A DNA stretch of 64,000 bases from positions 32,798,001-32,862,000 of the forward strand of contig OZ260664.1 in assembly GCA_965285935.1 (NCBI GenBank), in the 5' to 3' direction. The notes under the pieces are model-generated. The model worked only from the letters and a program-made list of their open reading frames with translations. It made no database searches and was not told the origin of the DNA. Position numbers and translations under genes: made by a program. The DNA is from Ophelia neglecta. Its lineage: Eukaryota. Below are positions 50,757-64,000 of the stretch, one piece after another; position 1 is the stretch's first letter; each line of letters begins with the position of its first letter.

Positions 50757-50900
50757 CTGTAATATATGAGCGTTTGCACTTCTCGAGGTTGAAATTTAAA
50801 AGCTGAAATTGAGGCAGCTGTAATTCATCATTTATTTCAACAGGTATACCACTGCTGAAAGACCGCCATTGGAACTGCAATTCATCAGTCGTATACCCAT
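50757..50900 (-). CDS. Cys-loop channel exon (loops B, F, C), 144 nt
   Basis: attgcag|...ACAG|gttatt; YGYTTDELQFQW...LQLPQFQL...CKRSYIT. Confidence 0.93.
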
Positions 50901-51068
50901 CTGCAATTATAAAATGTTTACTGTAGTAACCTTAAGAGAAATTTAACTTGACGCAGAACGTTTTTGGGAATTTTGAACACGGCTTTTGCATTAAAGGGGT
51001 TAGATGGACTCCTTTCAAGTAAGTCAATTTTTAGGAATTGTATGATGGATACAAACACAAACACTAAC

Positions 51069-51151
51069 AGCTCTCTAGTAGAATCTCGCATTCTTGCTTA
51101 TCCAAAGGAAAATAGCGAAGGTTCATCTGACAGGCTAAGGTCAAAGAGTAT
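51069..51151 (-). CDS. Cys-loop exon, 83 nt
   Basis: tcttcag|...|gttagt; YSLTLA-CQMNLRYFPLDKQEC-EILLES (C-x13-C). Confidence 0.96.
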
Positions 51152-51380
51152 CTGAAGATAACAAATACTAGAAATGAGGTTTGGTGTACATTACAATTTT
51201 GGCAAGGAGGCATTCACGAATTTATTCGCTTCATGATAATGCGATTAAACATAAGTGCTATGAAACATCATTTTAAGCATCATTGAATGAGTGCCAAATC
51301 AATTAACATATGACAGAATGACTAGTGTAACAGGTTCATTAAATCTACGCATGAGGAGTATCTTACGTCCTAACATGTAC

Positions 51381-51610
51381 CTGGCACTATAGAGAACTGT
51401 ACCATCTGGACTTAACCGTACAAGGCTGTTGGGTACTGTAGCACAATGAGGCGTTGCAATTTTTTCATTAGGAAAAAATAGATCAGGCACCCACAGAAGT
51501 TCAATCAACTTGGAATTCAATGTGAGCGTGGATTCGTTTGGGTAGATATGTTGGAAGGCTAATCTCGGGTCTTTCCACGACTGTCGCATGTATATATTGA
51601 TGGAATAATC
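51381..51610 (-). CDS. Cys-loop channel exon (loops D, A, E)
   Basis: tgtttag|...AG|gtacat; DYSINIYMRQSWKDPRL...LWVPDLFFPNEK...RLSPDGTVLYSAR. Confidence 0.95.
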
Positions 51611-51762
51611 CTAAACATGTAATATATACAGATAATATACATATCTAATGTCAACATCTTCGCAAATAGAATACTTGCCAAGACTAATTTGGTTGAAAGC
51701 AGAAAGGATATTTCGTTTATGTAATTTAATGCATTTATGATGAGGCTTCAGTTCACTCCTAC

Positions 51763-51830
51763 CATGGTGTCCACATTCACAGAATCAAAGCTGTTGATGT
51801 ACATATCACAGATGACCTTTGTTGGTTTGC
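51763..51830 (-). CDS. Cys-loop channel exon, 68 nt
   Basis: gttacag|...ATG|gtagga; GKPTKVICDMYINSFDSVNVDTM (GlyR-like INSF). Confidence 0.93.
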
Positions 51831-53623
51831 CTGTAACGAATAACCGTACATAAATGTAAACAAAATGTATGCGGTCAATAAAACAATATGCAGAAGAATG
51901 CGAATGGCCAAACAATGCATAAGCGTTATAGGGAAAACCAGAATCGCAAGTAAACCCTATAGCATATTTTGGTTGTGTTATAGCCTTATGCTACGCTACA
52001 TAACGCCTACCATTTTTTGATAAATGCACGAGCAGTGCGATATGTTTTTCATTTGCTTTCAATAATATAAGATTGATTTTTGATCGAATAAGGGGAATAC
52101 TTATCTGCCTACGTAAGTTAATGATATATAGTAAAATAATTCTAATATAATATCTCCGTGCATTAGGAGCAGACGCAAGTAAGAATTAGCCTACAATTTT
52201 AGCTGCTTCTGTAAAGATTCAACTTTGACTTTAATTATGAAAAATTTGTAAAAGGTAACACATTTGGCAGAAAGGTAGAAATGGGGGCCCCGACGATTTT
52301 CCAACCGATTTAATACATTTTATGACTCGGGTTTATCTGCTATATATCCACTCCCGTTTTTCCTAAGCATCAAATGTAATACCACGTTTTTATATGGCTG
52401 TCGCTTGATCTGGTATGTTATTATATATGACAAAAACGAATCATTGTAGATGTATTTGAACTTATGTTTTTCATACGTGTGTCTCCGTTTTATTGAATCA
52501 TGAGGCCAAATAACCGATGCCCGCTTAGCATCAGGACTGAATCTGTTTATTACTGATAAGCTGTGGCCTCATTAATCGATGTTGGTATATAAAATGTACA
52601 GTCAATAGAGTAAATTTCTCTAATTATATACTAATAACCCTGATATATTTCAACACTCTGTGAGCAGTGATATTAAACAGCTGTTTGTCCTGCGAAACCT
52701 TTAATCAGGTAGCAGCTACTTCTAAATTGGAATGTTAACAGGATATCTAACTTTAGTGACAACACTTTTCAATATCGTTGACTTCACGTCAACAGGGATA
52801 GACTGGCTTTTGCCGTTTTCAATGCTACATAACCGCTCAAAGCAACTGCAAGTAATTGAATGACAAACCCACCAAGTTCGAAGAGTTCTGTTATATCGTC
52901 GGTTCGACCAAATGTCTGGTGGTTTGTCTATCTACCCAACTAGTGGGAAAGGTCAGTTAAAAAAAGATGTCTGCACACTGAAGAGACCAGATATATACAA
53001 CCCTGACAGTGCCAAGAAGAAATACACAAAAACTTCTATCTATTGCTGCAATTTGATGAGTCACCTAGCTTCCCGCGGTAACTCATTGTCGTTAAAAGTG
53101 TGTCGATACGACAAGTGAAAAGATAACTCGTATAACATAAACGTATAATGTGCTGTATACACCTTATGTCAGAAAACAACCAACTAAAAAGTAAAAAAAA
53201 TAGTAAATAAGATGTATTCAGCTAAAATGTGCATATCAATGCATTGATGGCTTGTAAAAACACACGAACAATCGTCGGTAGGACTAGCGATTCTTATTTA
53301 GATGAAAAAATGACCGAAACCAAATCCACTCCAGTCTATTAATTTTGTACAGCTGGTTTGAGGGCAGGTGTTACAGAAATTAACTCAGATACTCCTAACA
53401 GTGAACTATACACTTCACTGATAAAAATTGATTCCTATTGTAGTGTATGCCCTTTGTTGTTTAGGAAAATATCGACATACCTAACGAAGCTGTCGCGAAT
53501 GCTAATAGGATCAACTTGGTCACCCGAGAAATGTGTTAAAACTACTACTAATAAACACAGTGCGGTTATATATATTGCTTCTTATGCAATGTGTGCCTGA
53601 AGGAACAATGAAGCAGAACGTAC

Positions 53624-53691
53624 CCGATTCCTTGTCTGGCCTCACCATACTGTCGTAAGTGTCCAGAAGTACACTCAATTTGTGGGTCCTA
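53624..53691 (-). CDS. Cys-loop channel exon (N-terminal helix, YD..RP motif)
   Basis: atcgcag|...G|gtacgt; RTHKLSVLLDTYDSMVRPDKES. Confidence 0.88.
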
Positions 53692-54443
53692 CTGCGATAT
53701 AAATGGGATAGAATTAGTTCATGTACTAATCCTGGAACCGTTAACGGGTTTTTTATATTCTACAAGAATTTAACTTGCTTTCTTTAATCTATTTGTTTAT
53801 TACACTGATCATACGTTGAGCAACTTTATGTTTGTGAAACGTTAATCGAAAATGGCGGCGTAGTTTGAAACAGACATCAAGGTGGGTCGATATTTATTAA
53901 GTATCTACAAAAATGACCTGCCACAAACAATGCCTAATGTTAACCTTCACCAGGAAAGAAATATCTACCTGATAAGACTCTCAAAAGTACTGTTATTAAA
54001 TGAATCCCGAGAGCAAAGATGGCTAGGACAATTACTTGATCTGTAGCCAAGTTGCTCTGTTGCGATAGCTGAAGTCGGATTAAGCAAACCTAGATGTTAA
54101 TATATCCGACTCCTTTAGCCCGCGCCGTCAAGGCCAGGTGGAATGAAAATACAGCAGGCCATGACATGAACATTATTGTTACGTTATATATGAAATGTGA
54201 ACCATGCGCACGTAGATGCTTAGTGTACATTAAGATAGTATTTAGACGTTAGAGGAAACCTGACCTTTATCCGAGCAGGCATCAGAGTTGCGTTAAGAAT
54301 TGTTCTGAATACTATATCAGCAACATTATTGAGGCTTTCTAACATAATTAAAAATGACTTTGTATCTAGTACAGCTTCTGACCATTTCTATTTGTCATAT
54401 GCCATGTCTTCGAAAGTCCCCTTTTAAATTTGATACTAGATAC

Positions 54444-54506
54444 CCGAAGTGCAAGAACAAAGACGCAATAGAGAACAATACATCGAAATAGACAATTTAA
54501 AGGCAT
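54444..54506 (-). CDS. Possible signal-peptide exon of the Cys-loop gene (MPLNCLFRCIVLYCVFVLALR)
   Basis: ATG plus a hydrophobic stretch, donor CGG|GTATCT. Phase 0 does not join directly to the phase-2 exon at 53691, so an unidentified linking exon would be needed. Confidence 0.3.
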
Positions 54507-57500
54507 CCAGTATTTGTCGCGTATTCAGTGTGGGTATTTGAGCTTATTTATTCATACCCTCACGTATTTTGAGTGTTCTGTGAATACAAAGGTAAAATAA
54601 CGTAGGTGTTAATTTTGAGTCGTTTGGTAAAACCTACCTGTGTGCGGCACAACACGTATTGGAAACGCACGTTGAGCATTCCATACATATAAAGATTGCC
54701 GATAACACTATCCACAATAATTCCAAATGCCGGTAGGCAAACTGGTTCATGTTTGCTCTCTTTTGTCACTTGAGAATGTCAACCATATTTTCACAACATA
54801 AGCAGGCTCTCCAGTTATAGAAAACAACACCTAAACAGCCTGTAAATTCTCTTGGTTTATAAATGATATGACTAATGAAACCCCGCAGGCCGAAATGTAA
54901 TTTCACATCTTTCCGACAGTGACGGCACCTCCTATGCATATAACGTCGCTGCGGTTCGCTGTGTTGTTTCTATTTGCAAGCACTGTAAATTTAAGAGAGA
55001 TCTGCTGGCGCCGCAGGTGGCGATGGAAATAACTCAGCTCTAGGCAATTGCAATGTCCCGCGAGAACGGTTTCAATGAACCCATTATATCCCACAACCCT
55101 GAAGAGCTTTGACAAATGAACGTATTAGTGACCTACTATGTATGGAAAATATTTATTACCACACAATAAAATTTATATATGATGACAAGATGACGGTACA
55201 AATGCAAAGTATTTCGCGCAATGTAGAATTATAAACATAATGTAGAAATATAAAGCGGCTCTACATTTGACTATGTGAAACATATGAAATACTTTAATGC
55301 TGATAACAGGTTGTGTCGTTTAAGGAATGCTATGTCAAATGGTTACATGTCAAGTGCAGGTCGTACAAGTAAAATATGATAATCAAATAATTTAGTATAA
55401 TAACAATTATATAAGAATCCGGGCGGAAATCAGCTTATCGGCATGCGGCCAGGATCATGGCCGTCTCTGGCAGTTTGTTGAGTAAAACTGATACGCAGAG
55501 ACACTAAGGCAGGAGTGGCTCCGGCGATTTGGCAGTCAGAAGGTTAAGCTGGCCTGAAGCCTATTTTAGTGTCCACTTTAGCGAGTTTATAACGAAGGGC
55601 TCCCTGTGCCCAGACCCTGACTCATGTGGGAACCAGGCTTCCAATGAACTGCCATTAATTTACGGTACCCTCCACTCAGTGACTTCTCAACTGAAACAGA
55701 TTCTTTAGAGGGCGTGTGCAAGACAAAAGCAACCTCCGCAAGCCTGCTCCTTCTGCTCAATAGTCGCTCCACAAGTTGTGCGTTGTATTGACATTGCGAA
55801 AGCATTGTCCAGATGGGAGCAAGAGGGAAGATACATGTACTGCAATTTTACTGTCAAGATATACTATACGAGTCCGCGATTGTGGACTGGTGGCAATATC
55901 AGTAAAATTATAGGCTATGGATGACGTCAGGATTAGCCATTCAACTGATATTGTTAGTTTTCTCTCAGTTCAAATTGCAAAGCTTTGCCTGTTAAAAATA
56001 CAAATAAAAGATATATTTGCTTTTGATATGTGTTACTGTGAATAAGTAACTTCACAACATTGGTGGGCAGGTTGTGGATTGCTTGTACAATAACCGGAAA
56101 CATAGTAGGCATGTGTACAAGCTGATCTACAATAAAGTGTAGGTTTAGGCCTAGTTTGTTTTTAATTATCATGGTTTAACGATAAACTTGTCTATAGTAT
56201 CATTTGTGAATGGAGCAGTCTAAGTTTGTGATAATAGTACTTGACACTGCTTGGTATTTTACACAGAGAAAGACATCCAATCACCATTCTGTATTCAATT
56301 TCGGTATTTGCTAATGAATTGGATAAACCCAACGCAGGAATAGTTGGCGTACATTTTCAATTATTTCATCCCAGAGTTAGGATGATTTATTAATAGACAA
56401 AAAATAACAACAATGCACTTGATACATGCCTTTGCTTAACAATGACGCATATCCTATGAGAATGAGTAAAAATCAAATATACCAGGAGGTACGCAGTTCC
56501 CGACGGCATTGAAGCGAAACCCCAAAGGATACTCTTCATTAACGAAACACACTTGTATCTGAAATGGGAATCCCCAATAAGCTTGCTCCCCGTGGTCTTC
56601 AATCACGCAATACTTAATATATACTAAGTTCCTACCTATATTTGTTGTAATTTTGCTCATTGCAGTCTGGTGTTCGCGGATATTTGTTTGAAATACGCGG
56701 TAGTGAATAACGTTTGCCAGAGGACGCAATATTTAACCCCAAAAGCTCACTTTATACCGAATGCTATCATATGTCAGCAGATATAATCAGGATATTGTTT
56801 AGTGTTTCACTTAGTGTGTGGTCCGTCACATGGAATGATCCCTGACAGGGCTCGTAACTCTCATGAGAAATTAATAGAAAACCAGCAGAAAGTATTTGAA
56901 CAATCGGCAGACAAATCTACATATTATGTAAACAAGAATAATCCATTAAATCAGATCAACATAACCCCTGAACAGCAGGCCTAAACAATGTCCAATCGCA
57001 TACACATAAATGTAAAAATAAGGCCCCAAGTGATAAGTTCCTATAAAATACAAACTTATCAATATCACTTTTAATACGAAAAGGTTGAAAGTTCTCAACA
57101 GTGTTATCTAAAACACTCGTCAACGCAGGATAAATAACAAATACAATTCGGTCTACGCCCCCCCCCCCCCTCCGGAGTAACAACTTCTAAGATACCTACT
57201 TTTCGTGTCAGTAGACTTTTCTAGAAGAGATGCAGGAATTCCGGGACTCCTATTGCTCATTAATCATTGAGCTACTAGTTGGACACTTTTAGTTATTGCG
57301 TGATATCTCTGCTCATGGTGTAGAATACAGCTCAGTCGTACGTTATTGGATGTGAAATAGCAGTGTATTAACTTTCTTCACAATCATGCCAACAATCTAC
57401 CACTTTGACTACACTACAGGAACTGAAAGCATGCAATGATGCAAATGAAGCTGGGAATTGCCATGTGTTAGGGTAAGAGAAAAGCAAAACTAGCCCGTAT

Positions 57501-60500
57501 GCGTTGGCTCAGATGAGTGTATAGATACGGTCTTTGATAATCGAATATGATAGTCGAAGAAATTCATTTTCAGCACCTTATTTTATGCCATAGTGGGTGT
57601 GACTCTTATCAATATATCATCAATCGTTGGCATTCATGTGCTTCAAGCGAGAAAGCCCGAAAGACAGACCATCCTTTACTGCTGAAATATTATATCTGCA
57701 ATTCAGATATATGGATGGCTGTTCGTTTTTGACAACTATTTCTAAAGAAGAACAGGTTCTTGCTTACTTCAAACGGTGCTTAGTATATACCACATACTAC
57801 ACAGATAATAGTGATAGGTTTCTGTCTAGGAACGAGACACTTACAAATCTTCTTACATTTATTTAAAGTACACGTTGACCGCCGATTACCCTTTTAAATC
57901 AAATGAAAATATGCAAAATATTTAAACGGGTACCATTATTGTGGCTACTGTTCTTGTTGCCTACAGGCTCAAGATTGCTATGAATTGTGATGCCGATGGA
58001 TTGGCGAAACAGTTCAAGCATGAACAAGCGTATTCGTATTATCGAGGAGGAAGTAACCCAAGGAAAGTGTCCCTAAAATTGAATATCATGATAATAAGTG
58101 TTGCCTCCTGTCACAATAAAAGGTGCATTTTACCTAGTTAACATTTTTACAACTATCGAGGATATGTGCCCTTTTTCTGTTGATTTTGCCGGGACCATTT
58201 ATTTTTCTCTTTGGTCTAAGTGTAAATTTTATCTCATCCCTACCCGAACCACTAATTCGTATGTTTTGTTCTCTGACTCTTATTCTGGAAAACTCTTAAC
58301 TACTTCTGTATGCTATTCATATTAATTTTAATTTTTTATCCATGCGCTTTGTCTGAAATTAATACTTTTTATGTAATTTTATTTATTAATCCTCATGTCT
58401 TTTTCATTTTGCCTCTCCTTGCTTTATAAGATTACTATGTTATGGCCACATATATGGTTTTCATTTACAACTTTCTTCGTCTTATTCTGGTATCTTCTCT
58501 TATTATTTGTTCCTGTTTGAACGAATTACATATATGCTATTCCTTATGTTTTTAAGGTAATAGTATAAAACATATTATTATAATTCATATTACCATTACA
58601 CACTAAGGGAAACATCAGTGTGTCCAATAGTCTTAAACTATTTATACATTTGATATGATTAGTACTCGTCCATTGTGTAACATTTGGCGGCTTTAAAAAA
58701 GAAAGAAAAAGGCTTCATAAACGACAAAGGAGAGAAGGCATTATGCGTTTTACCGTCGTGTTAACTCATTGTCTATATTATATTAACCAATAATCTTACA
58801 TGTTCACGAAAGAGGAGCACTGAAATAGGCCCTCTCACTAGGAAGGGGGCTGTATGCAGTTCTATGTAAATAGTCTTCATACATAATGCAAACAGAATGA
58901 ACAACGTGCCTGGGTATGTTGATATGATTGTTTGTACTCATTTATATTCATCCAACTGGCCATCTAAACGCACAAATTAAGTGATGATAGCGGTGACCAC
59001 TATTCCCTCCACTGACAGCATCATGTGAATCAAATGGCCATGTATAATTATATATAAGAACCTTGTTGTAAGTCAGAGTGGGTATATAATGCTGGGTTAT
59101 TCCATGCTTTATAGATCTGCATGACCACAACCACACTGTCTCTGAATTATTGCGTTGTGTTATAACAAAGCGCAATAAACAGAAAATAGCTTGCATTTCT
59201 TAATTTAGATTTTCAGTGGAAGTGTATTTCATACTTTATATGTAAACTGAGATGTCGTTAATATTAAATGATCGTTATATGTATTGGCATTTAACCAAAT
59301 GAATGACTATATAATGCAGGTTCAACTAGTGGAGACTTGTGTGTGTCTGCAGAAGAAAACTAAATGGTTGACTGCCTAATTGTTGACTACCCTATAGTTC
59401 AATCATTTCACTATTCATGGCACATTTAATTTCTTGATCATAATTAAACTAGTAATTTGACTATTTACCGCGTTTACTCAGGGAATAAGATGCAATAAAT
59501 AGTAAATAAACAAGCAGTTTACTAATTTCTTGCCTGCGCTAATCGCTTGGCTAAGTTAGGAAAATCATAAAGCTATGTTCATTCTAGTGATTTGACTAAC
59601 TTTAAACTAGCATTGGCTAGCATTGACTACCATTTCCATAGAAATTTAGACACAGTCAATTGACCATGATAAATTAGTCAATTAGACAAAGTTTTCCCTA
59701 GCCAATATTTTTTTTTTAGTGATAGTCTTATGTGACTTTAGATGTTAGACGCCCGGAAGAATTGCATGTTATCCATTATTTTTCTGCATATTTTGATTAG
59801 AGTCGTTATTTAGGACGGATTTTAGATGTAGTCATTACTTGATATCAGTCCAAGAAAATGGAGCAATGGTGGATACAATATATCAATAAAACTTTAAGCT
59901 TTGAGTCTGTCCAATTAATACCCATTATCCTTTCTTGTTGTGGAATGATAACATTCATCTTTTGGATAATATTATCAAACTCTAATCATGAGCTCAATAG
60001 CAGAAGTCCATCGAGTACGTATAGTAAACCAAGGACATTTTGAAGCAAGATATCTGTTCAGATGCTTCTAATCTGTTGTTCCTACATATAATATGTATCG
60101 CCCATAATGAATCGATATATTTATGGCACTGGAATTATCCCCATGGCCCTCTGTCTAGACAGACCATTCTATATACATACAGTTGATGTAGTAGCCATGT
60201 AAAATTCAGTCGTGTTTGTTTCCGTCTTATGCGGAATTCTTTTGACCTCTTGAGATTCCCAATGTGCGAGTGTACTCCGAGCTCCGAAAAGCATACGGAT
60301 CTCCCCACTTTTATACAAAGCGAGAATATCTGCCATGCCAGCCTATATTACAAAGGGTGGAGGTGGGGGGGGGAGGGGTGGAGGTAGGGGCTTTGGGGTC
60401 GACTGGTGGGGCGGGGTGGGGGGGGGAGGCAAATATTTGTTTTGAAGTATTGGCGTGTATGTTAAAAGTATGAAATGACATATGTTCCTAATAAATTATA

Positions 60501-60669
60501 AAATGTGTTAACCCATCCATTTAATGTCGTTCATACGATACTAAATAGTGTGTCCTCCTTCAGCTGCAAATAAGGCAACTGTATTTGACTCTGCTATGGC
60601 AATGGACAAACGTCACAAAGCTGCCAAGTTTACAATTTAACATTGACGTAATGATTCAGGAATAGAGCA

Positions 60670-63200
60670 AAAAACTTCATTCGTCTGCACGGTAAAACAT
60701 TGACTATGCCTGATCTGCTGCTCCATTCACTAAATTGGGGACCGGTCTATACTGAAATACAAAACGGTCAAACAAGTCGGGCTTATGACTTATTCTTAGA
60801 TAAGTGTTTAACTACTTTTGAAACATGCATACCTGAAGTTAAAGCTCGATATAATAAATATAGGCACAAATTGAAGCAATGGATAACACACGGTATATTA
60901 AATTCAATTCACACCCGTGATTATCTTTGTAGAAAGCGGTCACTATGTAAAAACACTGTTGAATATGACCGACGTGAGAGAGAATTCCTGAATTATCGTA
61001 CGGTTCTAAACAGAGTTGTGAGAGCAGCACAAACTTTATACTGGTCGGAAAAATTTAACCAGGCAAAAAAGAATATTAAAGAGACCTGGCAAAATATCAG
61101 AATTGTTTTAAACAAAAATCAAAATCGAAAAGTGCAAACTGTTTTTTTACGATGGAAATGGACAGAAAATTACTGATCCAACGACAATTTCCAACAAATT
61201 TAATTCATTCTTTGTTAACATTGGGCCCGAGCTGGCTGACAAAATTTAGTCACCTGTTACCCATAATTCTTTTCTCGGAAATCTCACCCTCAACTCCATT
61301 TTTATGCCACCGACAGACTTCATAGAAATTGGCAACATTGTAAGGAAATTAAAGCCAAAAACAAGTTCGGGTTTTGATGGAATTAGCACCAAACTGTTGA
61401 AAATGGTGATAAATCCAATCGCATTAATACTTAAAAAAATTTATAACTCCATGCTTGATACAGGAGTTTTTCCAGATTCCACCAAAATCTCTAAAGTTTT
61501 GCCAGTCTATAAAAGTAGCGACGATTCGTATTTCACAAATTATCGCCCAATTTCTCTCTTACCAGTCTTTTCAAAAATATTTGAAAAGCTAACTTTTAAG
61601 AGATTATATAATTATCTTTCTATAAATAACAAACTGTTTCCGTCACAGTATGGTTTCCGTGACAAGCACTCAAGTAACCATGCGTCTATAGAATTACTGG
61701 ATTACATTTAAAGGGTCATGATGGCAAAGATTTTATTTTGACAATATTTATAGACCTATCGAATGCATATGATACCTTGAATCACACAATACTCCTTGAT
61801 AAATTAGAGCATTATGGCATACGGGGAAAGACTAAATGTCTCCTTGAAAGCTACCTTACTTCCAGCTATCAATATGTAGTGTTTAACAATGATTCTTCTG
61901 ATTACCTCAAGCTAAAATGTGGTGTCCCGCAGGGATCTGTATTGGGGCCCTTGTTGTTCTTGATTTACATGAATGATTTGCATCAATTAACTGTGTCATC
62001 TAGTTTGATTCTATTTGCTGATGACGCCACTGTATCATTAAAAAATACAAATCTGCATCTGTTATAACAATAGATGAATTCTGAAATTGATGTCATATAT
62101 AAATGTTTGAGGGCCAACAAACTCTCATTAAATATTTCTAAAACTAAGTATATACTTTACCATAGTCCTCAGAAAAAAATAAATTGCGATATTAATGTAT
62201 TTATTGACGGGACTCTCATTGAGAACGTTCCGCACTTTAAATTTCTTGGCACTTGGTTCGATTCATGTGTAATTTGGAAGAAAAACACTGATGAAATATG
62301 CAAAAAGCCATCTCAATTAAACGGGATATTAAATAATATAAATTTTAAAGTCCAAGCAGCTATTCTTAAGCAAATCTATATTGCTCTCATCTAACCGTAT
62401 CTATCATACGGTCTCATCATTTGGTACAACGATACTAACATAGGAAACCGCGAAAGAATATTCCTACATCAAAAGAAATCTATGCGCATCATTATGAAGG
62501 CAGATTACTTAGCACTCACAGAACCAATCTTCAAACATTTCAGAATTCTTAATCTGCATGATATGTACCTGCTCCAGATTATAAATCCACTAAATAGGAT
62601 CAAAACTAAAAACTGTCCGGCCTACTTAGATGCGGCATTTCAAATGAATTATGACATTCACTCATATAATACAAGACAGATAAATTCGATTCACCTTGTC
62701 CTATTAGGACTAATTTCATGAAGCAGTCACTAGCTTATAAATTCTACAATGTAGCAAAATATGTCAGCGAAACTCTTCACGGAAACATAAATGTAAAAGC
62801 CGACTATAAAATTATCTTCCTTGGCCTCTATAAAGAGGAATGTACTATTGTGAACTGCTACAGCTGTAACAGGCAGGAATATTTGAAAATAGGCGCGTAT
62901 TACAAAGACATTTTGTTTTATGAGACTTATTTTGTAAAGGAACTACTTTCCTGCTTGGTTTATCATTCTAATGTTCTTTGTTTCTTTGTGTTTGCTTTGG
63001 TTTGTGATTCAAGCATGAATGTATCATAATATGACAATTATCATTTCAATTGGCCTATATGCATGTCTGCTGTATGAGAATACATGCTGTAATCATATTC
63101 TTTATATATACTTAAGGTTACATATTAGGCAATAAGCCTGTGACTAGATCAATTTGCCTATTTTGCTGATATGTTCGACTTATTTTATTATTAGCTTCTG
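60670..63200 (+). mobile_element. Decayed 5'-truncated CR1/L2-group (Crack/Daphne-like) LINE with multiple stops and frameshifts; boundaries approximate
   Basis: Successive ORF pieces at 60700-62880 carry WITHGI, FNSFFVNIG, NYRPISLLP, QYGFR, IDLSNAYD, GVPQGSVLGP, FADD, FLG and a terminal C-x4-CYSC motif; no APE domain seen. Confidence 0.88.
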
Positions 63201-64000
63201 TTTTGTGATTATAATTTAGTACTTTTTGTGGAAATTATTTGACATTTGACAGTTTGATTTATATACATTTGCTATGTGCGAAAATACTTTTCTATAGATA
63301 TAGATGTAATAACTCAACCAAAAACTGTACTGGCTGTAGTAGCAAAGGGCGTCCAACACCAAACGGCTCTTAGCTATTGTTGGCGTCCTGGCTTGTTTCA
63401 AGAAAATAAATGAATTACATACATTACATACATCATACGTTAAACACCGACACGGCTGACCTGCTGTCACTATTCATACGTAAAACACCTGCCCGGTCTG
63501 GTCCCACAATTCACTGACAAGGGAATCCATGGGTCACGATTACTCGACAAATGATGTTTCTAATCGATGGCGAAACAAAATGTTTCTTTCGACGCATGAA
63601 AAATAAGTCCCTGAAATTTATGCCACTCGACAGATGGCATATAATTAACTCTGACACAATACTCCTGACCCGCGAGATGCTCTCAAATGATCCTTAATTT
63701 ATTTTGAAACATGCTGGTTTTCGCCCAGAGTTTCCCAACATGTCTGACTAATAGGGTAAAGGCGGGTAAATTTGTCTATACTTTAGTTTTGCTGAAAACT
63801 CGTTTCTTTTCCTACAAGCCAAACTAATCACACTTCAGCGTATTGACTCTTACAACACATGCCTGTACATGTAGTAGGTATATCTGGTAGTTATAGTGCA
63901 TTTAGGCGGATAGCAGCACGCCAACAAGGCTTAAAAAGGTGCTCCTGCAAATCTACGGCGGAGAGATAAAGGTTCGTGGCAGTTTGAATGAAAGTAGGTA

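Overview
Animal (invertebrate-type, AT-rich, intron-rich) genomic DNA, not prokaryotic; most short ORFs in the track are spurious. The window holds two convergent (tail-to-tail) multi-exon ligand-gated ion channel genes that I rebuilt by hand from splice sites and reading phase. (1) A + strand ionotropic glutamate receptor-family gene: 9 confident coding exons at 3686-25816, about 746 aa, 5' exons uncertain. It has a non-NMDA scaffold, a GluN1-like glycine-type binding pocket, a Gly at the Q/R/N pore site and a C-terminal PDZ ligand. (2) A - strand anion-selective Cys-loop (GlyR/GluCl-like) subunit gene: 8 confident coding exons at 53691-49396, about 379 aa, with a GC-AG intron inside M2. The 12.6-kb iGluR intron contains a nearly intact L2 LINE (one nonsense codon), an intron-containing tRNA-Arg(CCT) gene and a 131-N gap. 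Elsewhere are a 5'-truncated RNase H-bearing I-group LINE with a 10-bp TSD, a decayed CR1/L2-group LINE, smaller LINE relics, a block-permuted dispersed repeat pair, long palindromes/MITEs, short tandem repeats, an orphan 9-nt microexon-like signal and strong enrichment of TAGGCCTA. I see no evidence of a wholly new multi-gene system. The best candidates for novelty are the atypical iGluR, the intron-bearing tRNA-Arg(CCT), the permuted repeat and the orphan microexon.
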